64,000 bases of DNA, from the NCBI GenBank assembly GCA_020633205.1, contig JACKEB010000014.1, positions 331,392-395,391 of the forward strand. Reading direction: 5' to 3'. The translations under genes and the position numbers were made by a program. Positions 41,646-51,184 of the stretch are shown here, one piece after another (the stretch's first letter is position 1; each line of letters opens with the position of its first letter). This DNA is from Polyangiaceae bacterium. GTDB lineage: Bacteria > Myxococcota_A > Polyangia > Polyangiales > Polyangiaceae. The notes under the pieces were generated by a model that made no database searches, was not told the origin of the DNA, and was given only the letters and a program-made list of their open reading frames with translations.

Positions 41646-44534
41646 ATGGCTACAGCTCGCTCCCTCGTCATCGTTGAGTCTCCCGCAAAGGCGCGAACTA
41701 TCGCGGGTTTTCTCGGCGATGGGTTCGTCGTTGAGTCCTCGATCGGTCACATCCGTGACCTGCCGAAGCGAGCGAGCGACATCCCGGCGCAATATAAGAA
41801 GTCAGCCTGGGCCCGCCTTGGAGTCGATGTCGAGAACGGCTTCCAGCCGCTGTACATCGTCGACCCCGACAAGAAGAGCCACATCCAGAAGCTCAAGGAT
41901 CTCTTGAAGGGTGCGGACGAACTCTTCCTCGCAACCGACGAAGATCGCGAGGGAGAGAGTATCGCGTGGCACTTGCTCGAGGTGCTGAAGCCGAAGGTGC
42001 CCGTGAAGCGCATGGTGTTTCACGAGATCACGCGGCGCGCGATCCAAGAAGCCATCGACCATCCGCGTGAGCTCGATCGGCGTCTGGTCGACGCGCAGGA
42101 AGCGCGACGCATCCTCGATCGCCTGTACGGCTACGAGGTGTCGCCCGTCCTGTGGAAGAAGGTGATGCCCAAGCTCTCCGCGGGTCGCGTGCAGAGCGTG
42201 GCGACACGCATCATCGTGGCTCGCGAACAGGAGCGCATGGCGTTCCGTTCGGCCCAGTACTGGGGCATCGACGGCACCTTCGGCACGAAGGACGGCAAAG
42301 ATCAGCCCGGTGGCGGCCAGTTCGAAGCCAGCCTGCTCGAACTCGACGGCAAGCGCGTCGTTCAAGGCAAAGACTTCGACGATCTCGGCAAGCTGAAGAA
42401 AGATGATCTCTTCCTGCTCAAGGAAGCGGAAGCCAAGGGCCTGGTCGAGTCGCTGAAAGACGCGCCGGCCAAGGTGCTCTCCGTCGAGCGGAAGCCAAAC
42501 CGTCGCAGCCCGGCAGCTCCGTTCATGACCAGCACGCTGCAGCAGGAAGCAGGACGCAAGCTGCGCTTCACTTCCGCGCGGACCATGCGTGCCGCGCAGC
42601 GCCTGTACGAGAACGGCTTCATCACCTACATGCGTACGGACAGCACCACGCTGTCGTCTGCAGCCATCAACTCGGCGCGCACGCAGATCGAGAAGATGTA
42701 CGGCAAGGACTACCTGCCGAGCTCGCCCCGCGTTTACAAGAACAAGGTCAAGAACGCCCAAGAGGCCCACGAAGCGATCCGCCCGGCGGGTGATGTCTTC
42801 AAGCTTCCGGAGCACGTCGCGCGCGAAGTCGACAGCGACGAAGCGAAGCTCTACGAGTTGATCTGGAAGCGGACGATCGCCTCGCAAATGGCTGATTCTC
42901 GCGGTGAGAGCATCTCCGTGCGGATCAGCGCGAAGGCGAAGGATGGTCGGGACGCGCTGTTCAACGTCAGCGGGAACACGATCATCTTCCCGGGCTTCTT
43001 GCGCGCCTACGTCGAAGGCAGTGACGACCCCGCCGCCGAGCTCGGCGACAAGGAGAAGCACCTGCCAGCGATGAAGGAAGGCGACGCGCTGAACAGCTTG
43101 TCCTTCGAGACTCAAGGCCACGAGACGCAGCCGCCGGCGCGCTTCACGGAAGCTTCCCTGGTGCGCAAGCTCGAGGAACTCGGCGTCGGTCGTCCCTCGA
43201 CGTACGCCTCGATCATCAGCACCATTCAGGCGCGCGGCTATGTCTGGAAGAAGGGCAGCGCCCTGGTTCCGTCGTTCACTGCGTTCGCCGTGATTGGCTT
43301 GCTCGAGCAACACTTCGGCGACCTGGTCGACTACGCCTTTACCGCGCGGATGGAAGATGAGCTCGACTCCATCGCCAGCGGCAACGAAGAGGTCGTGCCG
43401 TGGCTCAAGCGCTTCTACTTCGGCCAGAAGCCAGAGAACGACGGGCCCGACGACGGTGGCTCCGGCTTGGACCTCGGGCTGCGCTCCTTGGTTGCCGATC
43501 AGCTGGGTGAGATCGACGCCCGCGCCATCAACTCGCTGCCCATCGGCAAAGACGAAGAGGGTCGAGAAATCGTGGTGCGCGTCGGTCGCTACGGCGCCTA
43601 CCTGCAGCGCGACGAAGATCGCGCGAGCCTCCCCGAGGACATGGCGCCCGATGAGCTGACCTTGGAGAAGGCCAGCGAGATGCTCAACGCGCCGAGCGGC
43701 GATCGCGATCTGGGAACGGACCCCGAGAGCGGCCTGCAAGTGTTCGTGCGAGCCGGGCGCTTCGGCACGTACGTGCAGCTTGGGGAAGCGGGCGAGGGCA
43801 AAGAGAAGCCCAAGACTGGCAGCATCCTGAAGAGCATGGATCCGGCGACGATGACGCTGGAGGACGCGCTCAAGGTGCTGAGCCTGCCCCGCGAAGTCGG
43901 CGTGGGTCCGGAAGATAAGGTCATCACCGCGCAGCTCGGCAAGTTCGGCCCGTATTTGCGTATGGGAACGGATAGCCGCAGCCTGGAGACGGAGGAGCAA
44001 GTCTTCACCATCACCCAGGAAGAGGCGCTGAAGATCTTCGCTCAGCCGCGTCAGCGCGGTCGGCGTGCGGCCGCCCCGCCGCTGAAGGAGCTCGGCAACG
44101 ATCCGGTCAGCGGTGGCGCCATCACGCTGCGTGAGGGTCGCTTTGGTCCCTACGTGACCGACGGCGAGACCAACGCGAGCCTGCGTAAGGACGACGACCC
44201 GAACACCATCACGCCAGAGCGCGCCCACGAGCTGCTCGCCGATCGTCGTGCCAAGGGGCCTTCGAAGAAGAAGGCGAAGAAGAAGACCGCCAAGAAGGCG
44301 ACGAAGAAGACGGCCAAGAAGGCCACCGCCAAGACTGCTAGCGACGCGCCGGCCAAGAAGACCGCCAAGAAGAAGGCGACCAAGAAGGCCAGCAAGAAGA
44401 CGGCCAAGAAGGCCAGCAAGAAGACTGCTAGCAAGGCAGCGGGTAGCGACGGCGAGTCCAAGGCCAAGTCCAGCGCAAAGCCGGTGAAGAAGGCGCCGAG
44501 CAGCGATAGCGGCTCCGCCGATTTGGTTGGGTGA
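41646..44534 (+). CDS. topA: DNA topoisomerase I (type IA) with four GRFGPY-type C-terminal repeats and a Lys-rich tail
   Basis: Toprim LVIVESPAKA and DEDREGE. Active-site region includes GFITYMRTDS. C-terminal repeats are GRYGAYLQ, GRFGTYVQ, GKFGPYLR and GRFGPYVT, followed by KKKAKKKTAKKATKK... ATG at 41646. Confidence 0.97.
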   Translation: MATARSLVIVESPAKARTIAGFLGDGFVVESSIGHIRDLPKRASDIPAQYKKSAWARLGVDVENGFQPLYIVDPDKKSHIQKLKDLLKGADELFLATDEDREGESIAWHLLEVLKPKVPVKRMVFHEITRRAIQEAIDHPRELDRRLVDAQEARRILDRLYGYEVSPVLWKKVMPKLSAGRVQSVATRIIVAREQERMAFRSAQYWGIDGTFGTKDGKDQPGGGQFEASLLELDGKRVVQGKDFDDLGKLKKDDLFLLKEAEAKGLVESLKDAPAKVLSVERKPNRRSPAAPFMTSTLQQEAGRKLRFTSARTMRAAQRLYENGFITYMRTDSTTLSSAAINSARTQIEKMYGKDYLPSSPRVYKNKVKNAQEAHEAIRPAGDVFKLPEHVAREVDSDEAKLYELIWKRTIASQMADSRGESISVRISAKAKDGRDALFNVSGNTIIFPGFLRAYVEGSDDPAAELGDKEKHLPAMKEGDALNSLSFETQGHETQPPARFTEASLVRKLEELGVGRPSTYASIISTIQARGYVWKKGSALVPSFTAFAVIGLLEQHFGDLVDYAFTARMEDELDSIASGNEEVVPWLKRFYFGQKPENDGPDDGGSGLDLGLRSLVADQLGEIDARAINSLPIGKDEEGREIVVRVGRYGAYLQRDEDRASLPEDMAPDELTLEKASEMLNAPSGDRDLGTDPESGLQVFVRAGRFGTYVQLGEAGEGKEKPKTGSILKSMDPATMTLEDALKVLSLPREVGVGPEDKVITAQLGKFGPYLRMGTDSRSLETEEQVFTITQEEALKIFAQPRQRGRRAAAPPLKELGNDPVSGGAITLREGRFGPYVTDGETNASLRKDDDPNTITPERAHELLADRRAKGPSKKKAKKKTAKKATKKTAKKATAKTASDAPAKKTAKKKATKKASKKTAKKASKKTASKAAGSDGESKAKSSAKPVKKAPSSDSGSADLVG

Positions 44535-44619
44535 GGACCCATTGCTAGTTCCGTGGGGACTCAAACTGACCCCGCGGAGCCGAGCGGTGGGCCCCAGGCT
44601 CATTGCGTAGGATGACGCC

Positions 44620-45903
44620 ATGGAAGCCGAGCCGTCCAACGCGATAGTGCGAGGTGGTCAGCTTCGTCGTGCGCTGGCGCTGACGTGTTTGATCATCGCG
44701 GGCGAGGCGGTGTTCGGCTTGCCGTTTCATTTGGCGCGCTTTTTTCGGCCGACCGTGCTTGCTGTACTGGGGCTCACCAACACCGAGCTTGGTGAGGCAC
44801 AGGCAGTTTATGGCGTGCTGGCGATGCTGGCTTATTTCCCCGGGGGACCGCTCGCCGACCGCTTTTCGGCAAACAAGCTCTTGGCAGTCGCGCTCTGGAT
44901 GACGGGGCTTGGCGGCTTCTACTTTGCGACGTTCCCGAGCTACCATGGCATGGCGTGGCTCTTCGGATACTGGGGGGTCACGACGATCTTGCTGTTCTGG
45001 GCGGCCCTGATCCGCGCCACGCGGGATTGGGGGGGAGAGGACAAGCAGGGCCGCGCCTACGGCATCCTCGACGGTGGCCGGGGCTTGTTTGCGGCGCTCC
45101 TCGCCAGCGCGGCGGCGCTGCTCTTTCAGCTGGTGTTCCCCGCGGATGAAGCCAGCGTCACTCCGGAACAGCGCGCAGCGGCGCTGCGCAGCGTGATCTA
45201 CGTCTACACGTTGGTGACGCTCCTGGCGGGCGTACTTGCCTGGCTGTTTGCGCCGCGTTCGGAGCGGGCGGCGCAAACGCCTGGGAATGGTGCGAGCCTA
45301 GAGCTGATCCGCGAGGTAATACGTCTGCCTCAGGTGTGGCTCCAGGCGCTGATCGTCGTGGCGGCGTACGTCGCCTACAAGGGCTTCGACAACTACTCGC
45401 TGTACGCTCACGAGGTGCACGGCATGAGTGAGGTAGAGGTCAGCCGCTTCACCGCGTCCATGCAGTGGGTACGCCCAGTGGCAGCGATTGGCGCTGGATT
45501 CCTTGCGGATAGGCTGCGTGGGGCGCGAGTAATTCTCGGGTGCTTCGTGCTCTTGCTCGCCACGGATCTGTACTTCGCGCTGGCGGTGCCTGGCCTGCGC
45601 TGGATCCTGTATGGCAACGTGCTCGTGACTTGCACCGCGATGTTCGGCTTGCGAGGTGTGTACTTTGCGGTGTTTGCCGAAGCCAAGGTGCCGTGGCGGG
45701 CCACAGGTACCGCGGTGGGGGTGGTGTCGGTGATCGGTTACACGCCAGATATCTTCGTTGCGTGGGTCGCTGGCGTGCTGCTGGACGGCGCTCCTGGCCT
45801 TGCGGGGCATCAACACTTCTTTTGGTTTCTCGCCGCTTTTTCGCTGCTTGGTGTGCTCGCGACGCTCGCCTTCATGCGGCTTGGTAAGGATCGAGTGGCG
45901 TAG
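44620..45903 (+). CDS. MFS transporter
   Basis: About 12 predicted hydrophobic segments. Typical MFS loop (GPLADRFS). Confidence 0.85.
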   Translation: MEAEPSNAIVRGGQLRRALALTCLIIAGEAVFGLPFHLARFFRPTVLAVLGLTNTELGEAQAVYGVLAMLAYFPGGPLADRFSANKLLAVALWMTGLGGFYFATFPSYHGMAWLFGYWGVTTILLFWAALIRATRDWGGEDKQGRAYGILDGGRGLFAALLASAAALLFQLVFPADEASVTPEQRAAALRSVIYVYTLVTLLAGVLAWLFAPRSERAAQTPGNGASLELIREVIRLPQVWLQALIVVAAYVAYKGFDNYSLYAHEVHGMSEVEVSRFTASMQWVRPVAAIGAGFLADRLRGARVILGCFVLLLATDLYFALAVPGLRWILYGNVLVTCTAMFGLRGVYFAVFAEAKVPWRATGTAVGVVSVIGYTPDIFVAWVAGVLLDGAPGLAGHQHFFWFLAAFSLLGVLATLAFMRLGKDRVA

Positions 45904-45930
45904 CTCGCGCAGTGGTACCATCGCAGGCGC

Positions 45931-47193
45931 ATGAGCGGTCGCGTCGTCGAGATGGTGTGGACGTGCTCGAGTTGCCGACGGGAAAATCTCGGTAGGCACC
46001 TCAGCTGTCAGACGTGCGGCAGCCCCAAGGAAGAACACGAGGAGTATCGGATGCCGGGAACGCCGGCTCAGCTCCCGAGTGTCACCGACCCTCGACTGCT
46101 TCAGATCGCTCATGGCGGCGCAAACTGGCGCTGTCGCTACTGTGGGAGCAATCAGCGCGCCGCGGACGGCGACTGCGCGAACTGTGGCGGGGATCGCGCG
46201 CGTCATCAGCAGGCAGCCCAGGCTGCGGCGAGTCATGGGCGCCCCCAGAAGCGTGGGAAGAGCGCACTCAGGCGGATCTTGATCGCCGGCGTGCTACTCG
46301 GGTTGTTCTGTTTGCCCATCTTCCTGGTTTTCCAGCTGGATAATTGCCATCGCTCCGACTACTCGACTCACGGCGCCGCTTTCGCTGAAGCTTTTCACAC
46401 CGAGTACGGCACCATCGCCAGCGCTAGCTGGAGCCAGGCCGTGTACGTCGAGCGCTGGAAGGTCGTCGAGCGGGAAGGCTTTGAAGATGCAAAGCCGAAG
46501 TCTGCGACGGATGTGCGAGCTTTGGGGAAGCGCCAGCACCACGTCGACAAGGTCGCCGATGGCTTCGACACACAGACGTACACCGAAGAGGAGCCAAACG
46601 GCTTTCGTACGGAAACGTACACCGAGCAGGAGCAATGCGGGCAAAGTTGCACCCCACGGCCGAAGAGCTGCCGCGAAGTGTGCACCCCTCAGGGCAACGG
46701 CTTCGCCAAGTGCGACCAGGTTTGCACTGGCGGTGGCGAGACGTGCAGCCCCAAGTACTGCATGGTGACCAAGACCAAGCAGGTGCCTCAGACTCACCTG
46801 GTGACGAAGACTCGCCAGGTCCCCAGGTTCAAAGACGTCCCGGTCATGGCTGCGTATTTCAAATGGAAACAGTGGGCGTGGGAGCCAGAGCGCACCATCG
46901 AAGAGAAGGGCAGTGACTTTGCGCCCAAGTGGCCGAGCGCCGAACAGATCAAGCTGGGTGAAGGCCTGGCCAAGGACGAGAAGGAGCGCAAGTCCGAGCG
47001 CGCTTCCTACAGTGTGCTTTACCGCACGGCAACGGGTAAGGAGTACACTTATCGGCCTGGCGACCTGGCGGAGTACAGGCGCTGCGAGGGCACGTATCTG
47101 ACGCTCAAGGTGGGGCGATACTCTTCGCCCGAGGCAATGGGCGTCCCTATTTCCGGCGCGCCACCCGCGGCGAGCAGTCCAAACGCGCAGTAG
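45931..47193 (+). CDS. Membrane protein with two N-terminal RanBP2-type zinc fingers, one TM segment and a Cys-rich C-terminal region
   Basis: WTCSSCRRENLGRHLSCQTC and WRCRYCGSNQRAADGDCANC fit W-x-C-x2-C-x3-N/Q-x6-C-x2-C. The TM segment is ILIAGVLLGLFCLPIFLVF. Confidence 0.75.
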   Translation: MSGRVVEMVWTCSSCRRENLGRHLSCQTCGSPKEEHEEYRMPGTPAQLPSVTDPRLLQIAHGGANWRCRYCGSNQRAADGDCANCGGDRARHQQAAQAAASHGRPQKRGKSALRRILIAGVLLGLFCLPIFLVFQLDNCHRSDYSTHGAAFAEAFHTEYGTIASASWSQAVYVERWKVVEREGFEDAKPKSATDVRALGKRQHHVDKVADGFDTQTYTEEEPNGFRTETYTEQEQCGQSCTPRPKSCREVCTPQGNGFAKCDQVCTGGGETCSPKYCMVTKTKQVPQTHLVTKTRQVPRFKDVPVMAAYFKWKQWAWEPERTIEEKGSDFAPKWPSAEQIKLGEGLAKDEKERKSERASYSVLYRTATGKEYTYRPGDLAEYRRCEGTYLTLKVGRYSSPEAMGVPISGAPPAASSPNAQ

Positions 47194-47273
47194 CGGGGGG
47201 CGATCGCCCACGGCTTGCGGCGAATTCCGGCTTGGCTTTGCGCTGGCTCGAGATTCGCATTAAGCGTTCCTCG

Positions 47274-47723
47274 ATGACTTTGCGTTGGACCCCCGTGTTT
47301 GCTCTCTCGTTCGTCTGCGTTGGCGCGGCCTACGGCTGCAACTCCAAGCCGGCTCAGGACCCCGACGCGGCTCAGCCGCTGCCCACGACGGAGGTTACGG
47401 CCCCCACGCCGAGCGCGGCGCCCAGCGCCACGGAAGAGCCCGTGCCGAGCGCCGAGCCGAGCAGCAACCCTCCCGAAGACGCCGGTCCACCTGGGGAGGA
47501 GTTCACCCAGTGTCCGCCTCGCAAGCCTGACGCCGGCCCCGTGATGTGCACCAAGGAGTACATGCCTGTGTGCGGTCTCGTCGACACGGGTGTGCGGTGC
47601 ATCACCACACCCTGTCCTTCGGCGACGAAGAAGACATTCGGCAACAAATGCGAAGCCTGCGGAGCCCAAAAGGTGATTGGTTACACCAAGGGCGCTTGTG
47701 AAGAAGCCGCAAAGACCAAGTAA
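47274..47723 (+). CDS. Lipoprotein with C-terminal Kazal-like protease-inhibitor domain
   Basis: Lipobox AAYGC, a Pro/Ala-rich linker, then CTKEYMPVCG...FGNKCEACG...GAC, a Kazal-like Cys pattern. Confidence 0.72.
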   Translation: MTLRWTPVFALSFVCVGAAYGCNSKPAQDPDAAQPLPTTEVTAPTPSAAPSATEEPVPSAEPSSNPPEDAGPPGEEFTQCPPRKPDAGPVMCTKEYMPVCGLVDTGVRCITTPCPSATKKTFGNKCEACGAQKVIGYTKGACEEAAKTK

Positions 47724-47789
47724 GATATTCCCCGCGGCAATGTGATGGCTCGCGGCCTCGGGGCCGCTAGAGTCACTAGCTGGCGGGGG

Positions 47790-48686
47790 TCAAACGGAGC
47801 GCAGCGGGCTTGGCAATCGCAGCACACGCGCCCCGCGTGGCGGGGGATCGAACGGTGGCAGCGCCAGCACCAGCCGCTCGATGCCTGAGAGCAAATCGCG
47901 CAGTGCGCTCTCGGTGTGGAGCTCGGACCAGTTCGCATCGACTGCGAGGCCGATCCAGTAAATCCCGCTGATTCGGCGGCCGAGGAGCGCGCCACCGTGC
48001 TCCAGCGCGAGTTGAAAGCGCTCAGCGCGAGCAGGCTGCTTTCCAACAAGCTCTATCAGCGCTGCCGCGCTCAACGCGCGCTCTGCGTTGTCACCGTCGA
48101 TTTCCCCGCGGGTGCGCTCGACCCGAGTGGTCAGTTCACGCAGGCGCTGACGGCTCGAGATGTTGGCTTGCTTGAATGCATCGCCGAGTCTCGCTCCAAG
48201 CTCTTCGTCGTCCAGGGGCAGGAGTTCGACCAGCGACAGCGAGAGCTCCTCACAGGCGCGGGACGTCTCCAGTGCGTCGAGCAACAGATCGCGATCGTAG
48301 CCGCCGCCAAGGCCGCTCTGGGACCATATCATGGGCGACTGCTGATCGACGACGAGCGCGACCGCCGCGCCGCTGCGACTCCGCAGGCTATCCAGCACTT
48401 GCTCGAGACGACGGTCCGGTGGGGCATGGCGCTGCATCGTCTCCTCTGGCTCCACGCCTGACAGTGTCTCCGCGAACGTGTTGAGGAGCGCAACCAAGCG
48501 CTCCTGCAGCTCCAGGGGTTCAGCGGGAGGCTGATCGAAGACGACGACTACGCGCTCGGCGTTCCCCAGGTTTACCCAGATCAAATGCGGGTCGTCCGGA
48601 TCGAGCCCGCCAATCTCCAGGCGCGCGTCAGCGGCGCCCAGCTGGGCGCACACGACCTCCAACAAACGCAGCACGGCGCGCGACAT
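47790..48686 (-). CDS. Hypothetical cytoplasmic protein
   Basis: 298 aa with coding-like composition. No family recognised. Confidence 0.6.
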   Translation of the reverse strand: MSRAVLRLLEVVCAQLGAADARLEIGGLDPDDPHLIWVNLGNAERVVVVFDQPPAEPLELQERLVALLNTFAETLSGVEPEETMQRHAPPDRRLEQVLDSLRSRSGAAVALVVDQQSPMIWSQSGLGGGYDRDLLLDALETSRACEELSLSLVELLPLDDEELGARLGDAFKQANISSRQRLRELTTRVERTRGEIDGDNAERALSAAALIELVGKQPARAERFQLALEHGGALLGRRISGIYWIGLAVDANWSELHTESALRDLLSGIERLVLALPPFDPPPRGARVLRLPSPLRSV

Positions 48687-48729
48687 GAGCTGAGTCTAGC
48701 CCTTCGCGCGCCGCTTTCGAAACCCCGCG

Positions 48730-50544
48730 TCAGCTGCTGCGGCGGCGGCGCAGGATCACAGCGCCGAGGCCTAGCAAACCCGCCAGGGCTCCGTTTGGCA
48801 CGCCGTCGCTCGGGGAGCCGGGAACGCTGCAGCTGCAGCTGTCGTCGTCGGGGACCTTGAAACGGGGAGCTGGTTCGACGCCGCCGTCGCCGACGAAGCC
48901 GCCCGCACCGCCAAAGCTAGCTCCAGCGCTGCCGCCATTCCCTGCGGAACCACCTGTCGCCGCGCCTGCAGAGCCGCCGGTCGCTGCGCCTGCAGAGCCA
49001 CCCGCTCCGCCACTCGTGGCGCCTGCGGTGCCTCCGGTTCCGCCGGTTGTCGCGCCGCCAGAGCCTCCGGTGGTTCCGCCGGTTCCGCCGGTTGTCGCCG
49101 TGCCTCCGGTTCCGCCAGTTGTCGCGCCGCCAGAGCCTCCGGTGGTTCCTCCGGATCCGCCGGTTGTCGCCGTGCCTCCGGTTCCGCCAATCCCTGCGGA
49201 ACCACCGGTGTTGGTCCCGCCGGATCCGCCGGTCGCTGTAGTGCCTCCGGTTCCGCCTGTGCTGACGGTTCCTCCCGATCCGCCGGTCGCCGTAGTTCCG
49301 CCGGTGCTGACGGTCCCGCCGGTTCCACCGGTTGCCGTGGTTCCTCCGGTTCCACCGGTGCTGACGGTTCCGCCCGTCCCGCCGCTGGTGCTCGTTCCGC
49401 CGTTGCCTCCGGTGGTTCCCCCGGTTCCGCCAGTTGTCGCCGTGCCTCCGGTTCCGCCCGTGCTGACGGTTCCTCCGGATCCGCCGGTCGCGCTTGTCCC
49501 GCCCGTCGCGCCGGTCCCAATGGTTCCGCCGGTTCCGGTGGTGGCTCCGGTACCGCCGGTGCTGATCACGCCGCCGCTCCCACCCGTGGTGCTGGTCCCG
49601 CCGTTTCCGGTGCTGCTGCCACCCGTTCCGATCACGCCGCCGCTTCCGCCGGTTCCTGTGCTGCTGCCGCCAACGCCGATCACACCTCCGGTCGCGCCGG
49701 TGCCCACGGTGCCGCCGGTGCTCGTCGCCGCCCCGGTTCCGCCGGTCGCTCCGGTTCCACCGGTCGCTCCGGTTCCGCCCGTCGCTCCGGTTCCGCCGGT
49801 TCCGCCGCTGCCGCTGGTTCCGCCACTACCGCCTGCGCCAGCCGCGCCCGCGTCTGAGACGGGGCAAGGGTTGGCTTGGCGGAGTGTGACCGTACTGGTG
49901 TCGACCAGGGTGAATGCGTCGTTGCAGGCGATGTTGGTTTGATCCGTCGTGGCCCCGGTGTCCTCGAGCAAGGAAACGCTGAGCGTCGTCTGGGGGTCGC
50001 ACGCTCTGCTGCCCTCCCACCACACGTCGAGGAGAGCAGCGCCATTCGTGTCGAGGAACTTCAGACCATCCGGAGCTCCATTCTGCAGCAGGTCGTCGTT
50101 GTTCCCGCTATTCGCCCGGAATGCATCGCACATCGACTTGTCCGTTGCGATGCCATTCGTGGCGCAGATCACGAAGTAGTCGTCGTTGGGGATCGTAGTG
50201 GTCGATACATCGACGTCCCAGACCGTTCCGCAGTTGCTGCCGTTGACATGACGTACAATACCCAGGCCGCACTCCCCGAAAGTCGTCGCCGTTGATCCGG
50301 AATCGCGGATGACGTGGAGTTCGACGAAGTTGGCGGTATCTGCACCTGTGTCGTCGTAGTTGACCTTCGTCAATTCCACACGGCAAGTACTGCCGCTGCC
50401 CACGCCGATCACCTCCTGCGTGGCGCTACCAACCGACTCGCCGGGCGGGGTGGGGTCGCTACTACACGCGGTGAAACCAAGAATGGTGACTGGGAGCACA
50501 CTCGCGAGCGCAGTCGCTCGAGCACGGATCTTGAGCATAGCCAT
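48730..50544 (-). CDS. Secreted lipoprotein: lamin-tail-like domain + ~330-aa Gly/Thr/Ser repeat region + MYXO-CTERM-type sorting tail
   Basis: Lipobox LGFTAC. VELTKVNYDDTGADTANFVELH is LTD-like. The C-terminus CSCSVPG...LAGLLGLGAVILRRRRSS matches the MYXO-CTERM pattern. Confidence 0.85.
   Translation of the reverse strand: MAMLKIRARATALASVLPVTILGFTACSSDPTPPGESVGSATQEVIGVGSGSTCRVELTKVNYDDTGADTANFVELHVIRDSGSTATTFGECGLGIVRHVNGSNCGTVWDVDVSTTTIPNDDYFVICATNGIATDKSMCDAFRANSGNNDDLLQNGAPDGLKFLDTNGAALLDVWWEGSRACDPQTTLSVSLLEDTGATTDQTNIACNDAFTLVDTSTVTLRQANPCPVSDAGAAGAGGSGGTSGSGGTGGTGATGGTGATGGTGATGGTGAATSTGGTVGTGATGGVIGVGGSSTGTGGSGGVIGTGGSSTGNGGTSTTGGSGGVISTGGTGATTGTGGTIGTGATGGTSATGGSGGTVSTGGTGGTATTGGTGGTTGGNGGTSTSGGTGGTVSTGGTGGTTATGGTGGTVSTGGTTATGGSGGTVSTGGTGGTTATGGSGGTNTGGSAGIGGTGGTATTGGSGGTTGGSGGATTGGTGGTATTGGTGGTTGGSGGATTGGTGGTAGATSGGAGGSAGAATGGSAGAATGGSAGNGGSAGASFGGAGGFVGDGGVEPAPRFKVPDDDSCSCSVPGSPSDGVPNGALAGLLGLGAVILRRRRSS
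48880..49850. repeat. Highly repetitive GGT/GGN-rich coding DNA (Gly-Thr-Ser repeats), including an exact-looking 72-nt tandem unit
   Basis: The unit beginning gttgtcgcgccgccagagcctccggtgg... occurs at 49046 and again at 49118 (a 24-aa repeat). Degenerate ccggttccgcc periodicity runs throughout. Confidence 0.85.
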
Positions 50545-51184
50545 AAGAGTCGCCGAGTTTAGCGGTCGTGGTCAACGGCGCACGGAGACGCGAGCAGAAT
50601 GGCGTTCGTATGTCGACGTGATGGAGTGTAGGTGTTTCCAACTGAGGTCTGGCCGTGCCTTTGGCTACTGTCTTTGGCTGCATGATCCGTCTTATGGCTG
50701 ACGGCTTTGCTGCGATTCGCGCTTGTTCAGGGATTTCCAGGAGCGCGGCTTGGCGCTCGCCGGATGTGGCGAAGTTGCTCTTCGGTTGGGGGGCCGGATA
50801 CGTGCGGAACCGCTGATTCCTTTCCTAGCGTTTCGATCTTAATCTTTGGACTCGCTGCTGGTTTGGGCCGGCGCTCTGTTGTTTGTTCGCGCCTCCCGGG
50901 CGCGAAGTGGCGTGTGGTTTCAGAAGGCGCTTTCGCCGGGCAGGGCCCGATCAGTCGCCTACCCTGCGCGCAACGACGGCTGGTTCTGGGGGGCGAGATG
51001 GCGCTTTCCTTGTGGCGCGTTTGGTTCGGGGGCAACTCTGGGCGTCGGAGCTCAGCGAGTCAGCCCGGGGACTCGGACTTTCCTGCGTGATCTCGTGCAG
51101 ATCCGACTCGCTACTTGTCGTTTCTCCCTCTCCCCCCCATCCTGAGTCGAGCGCCGTAAGCTGAGGCTGTGCGCTGCGTTGGGG

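Noticed and set aside
41802-44639. 945-aa ORF antisense to topA
   Set aside because: The plus-strand frame has unmistakable topoisomerase I motifs. The antisense ORF is Arg/Leu/Ala/Gly-rich with no motifs, which is a typical stop-poor antisense frame of high-GC DNA.
45298-47211. Minus-strand ORFs of 312 and 305 aa opposite the MFS and zinc-finger genes
   Set aside because: The sense frames show 12-TM MFS hydrophobicity and RanBP2-type fingers. The antisense frames are Arg-rich artefacts.
48857-49942. 361-aa Pro/Val-rich ORF (PPVPPV repeats) on the plus strand
   Set aside because: It is the mirror of the GGT-repeat region. The minus-strand frame has a lipoprotein signal at one end and a MYXO-CTERM tail at the other, so that strand is the coding one.
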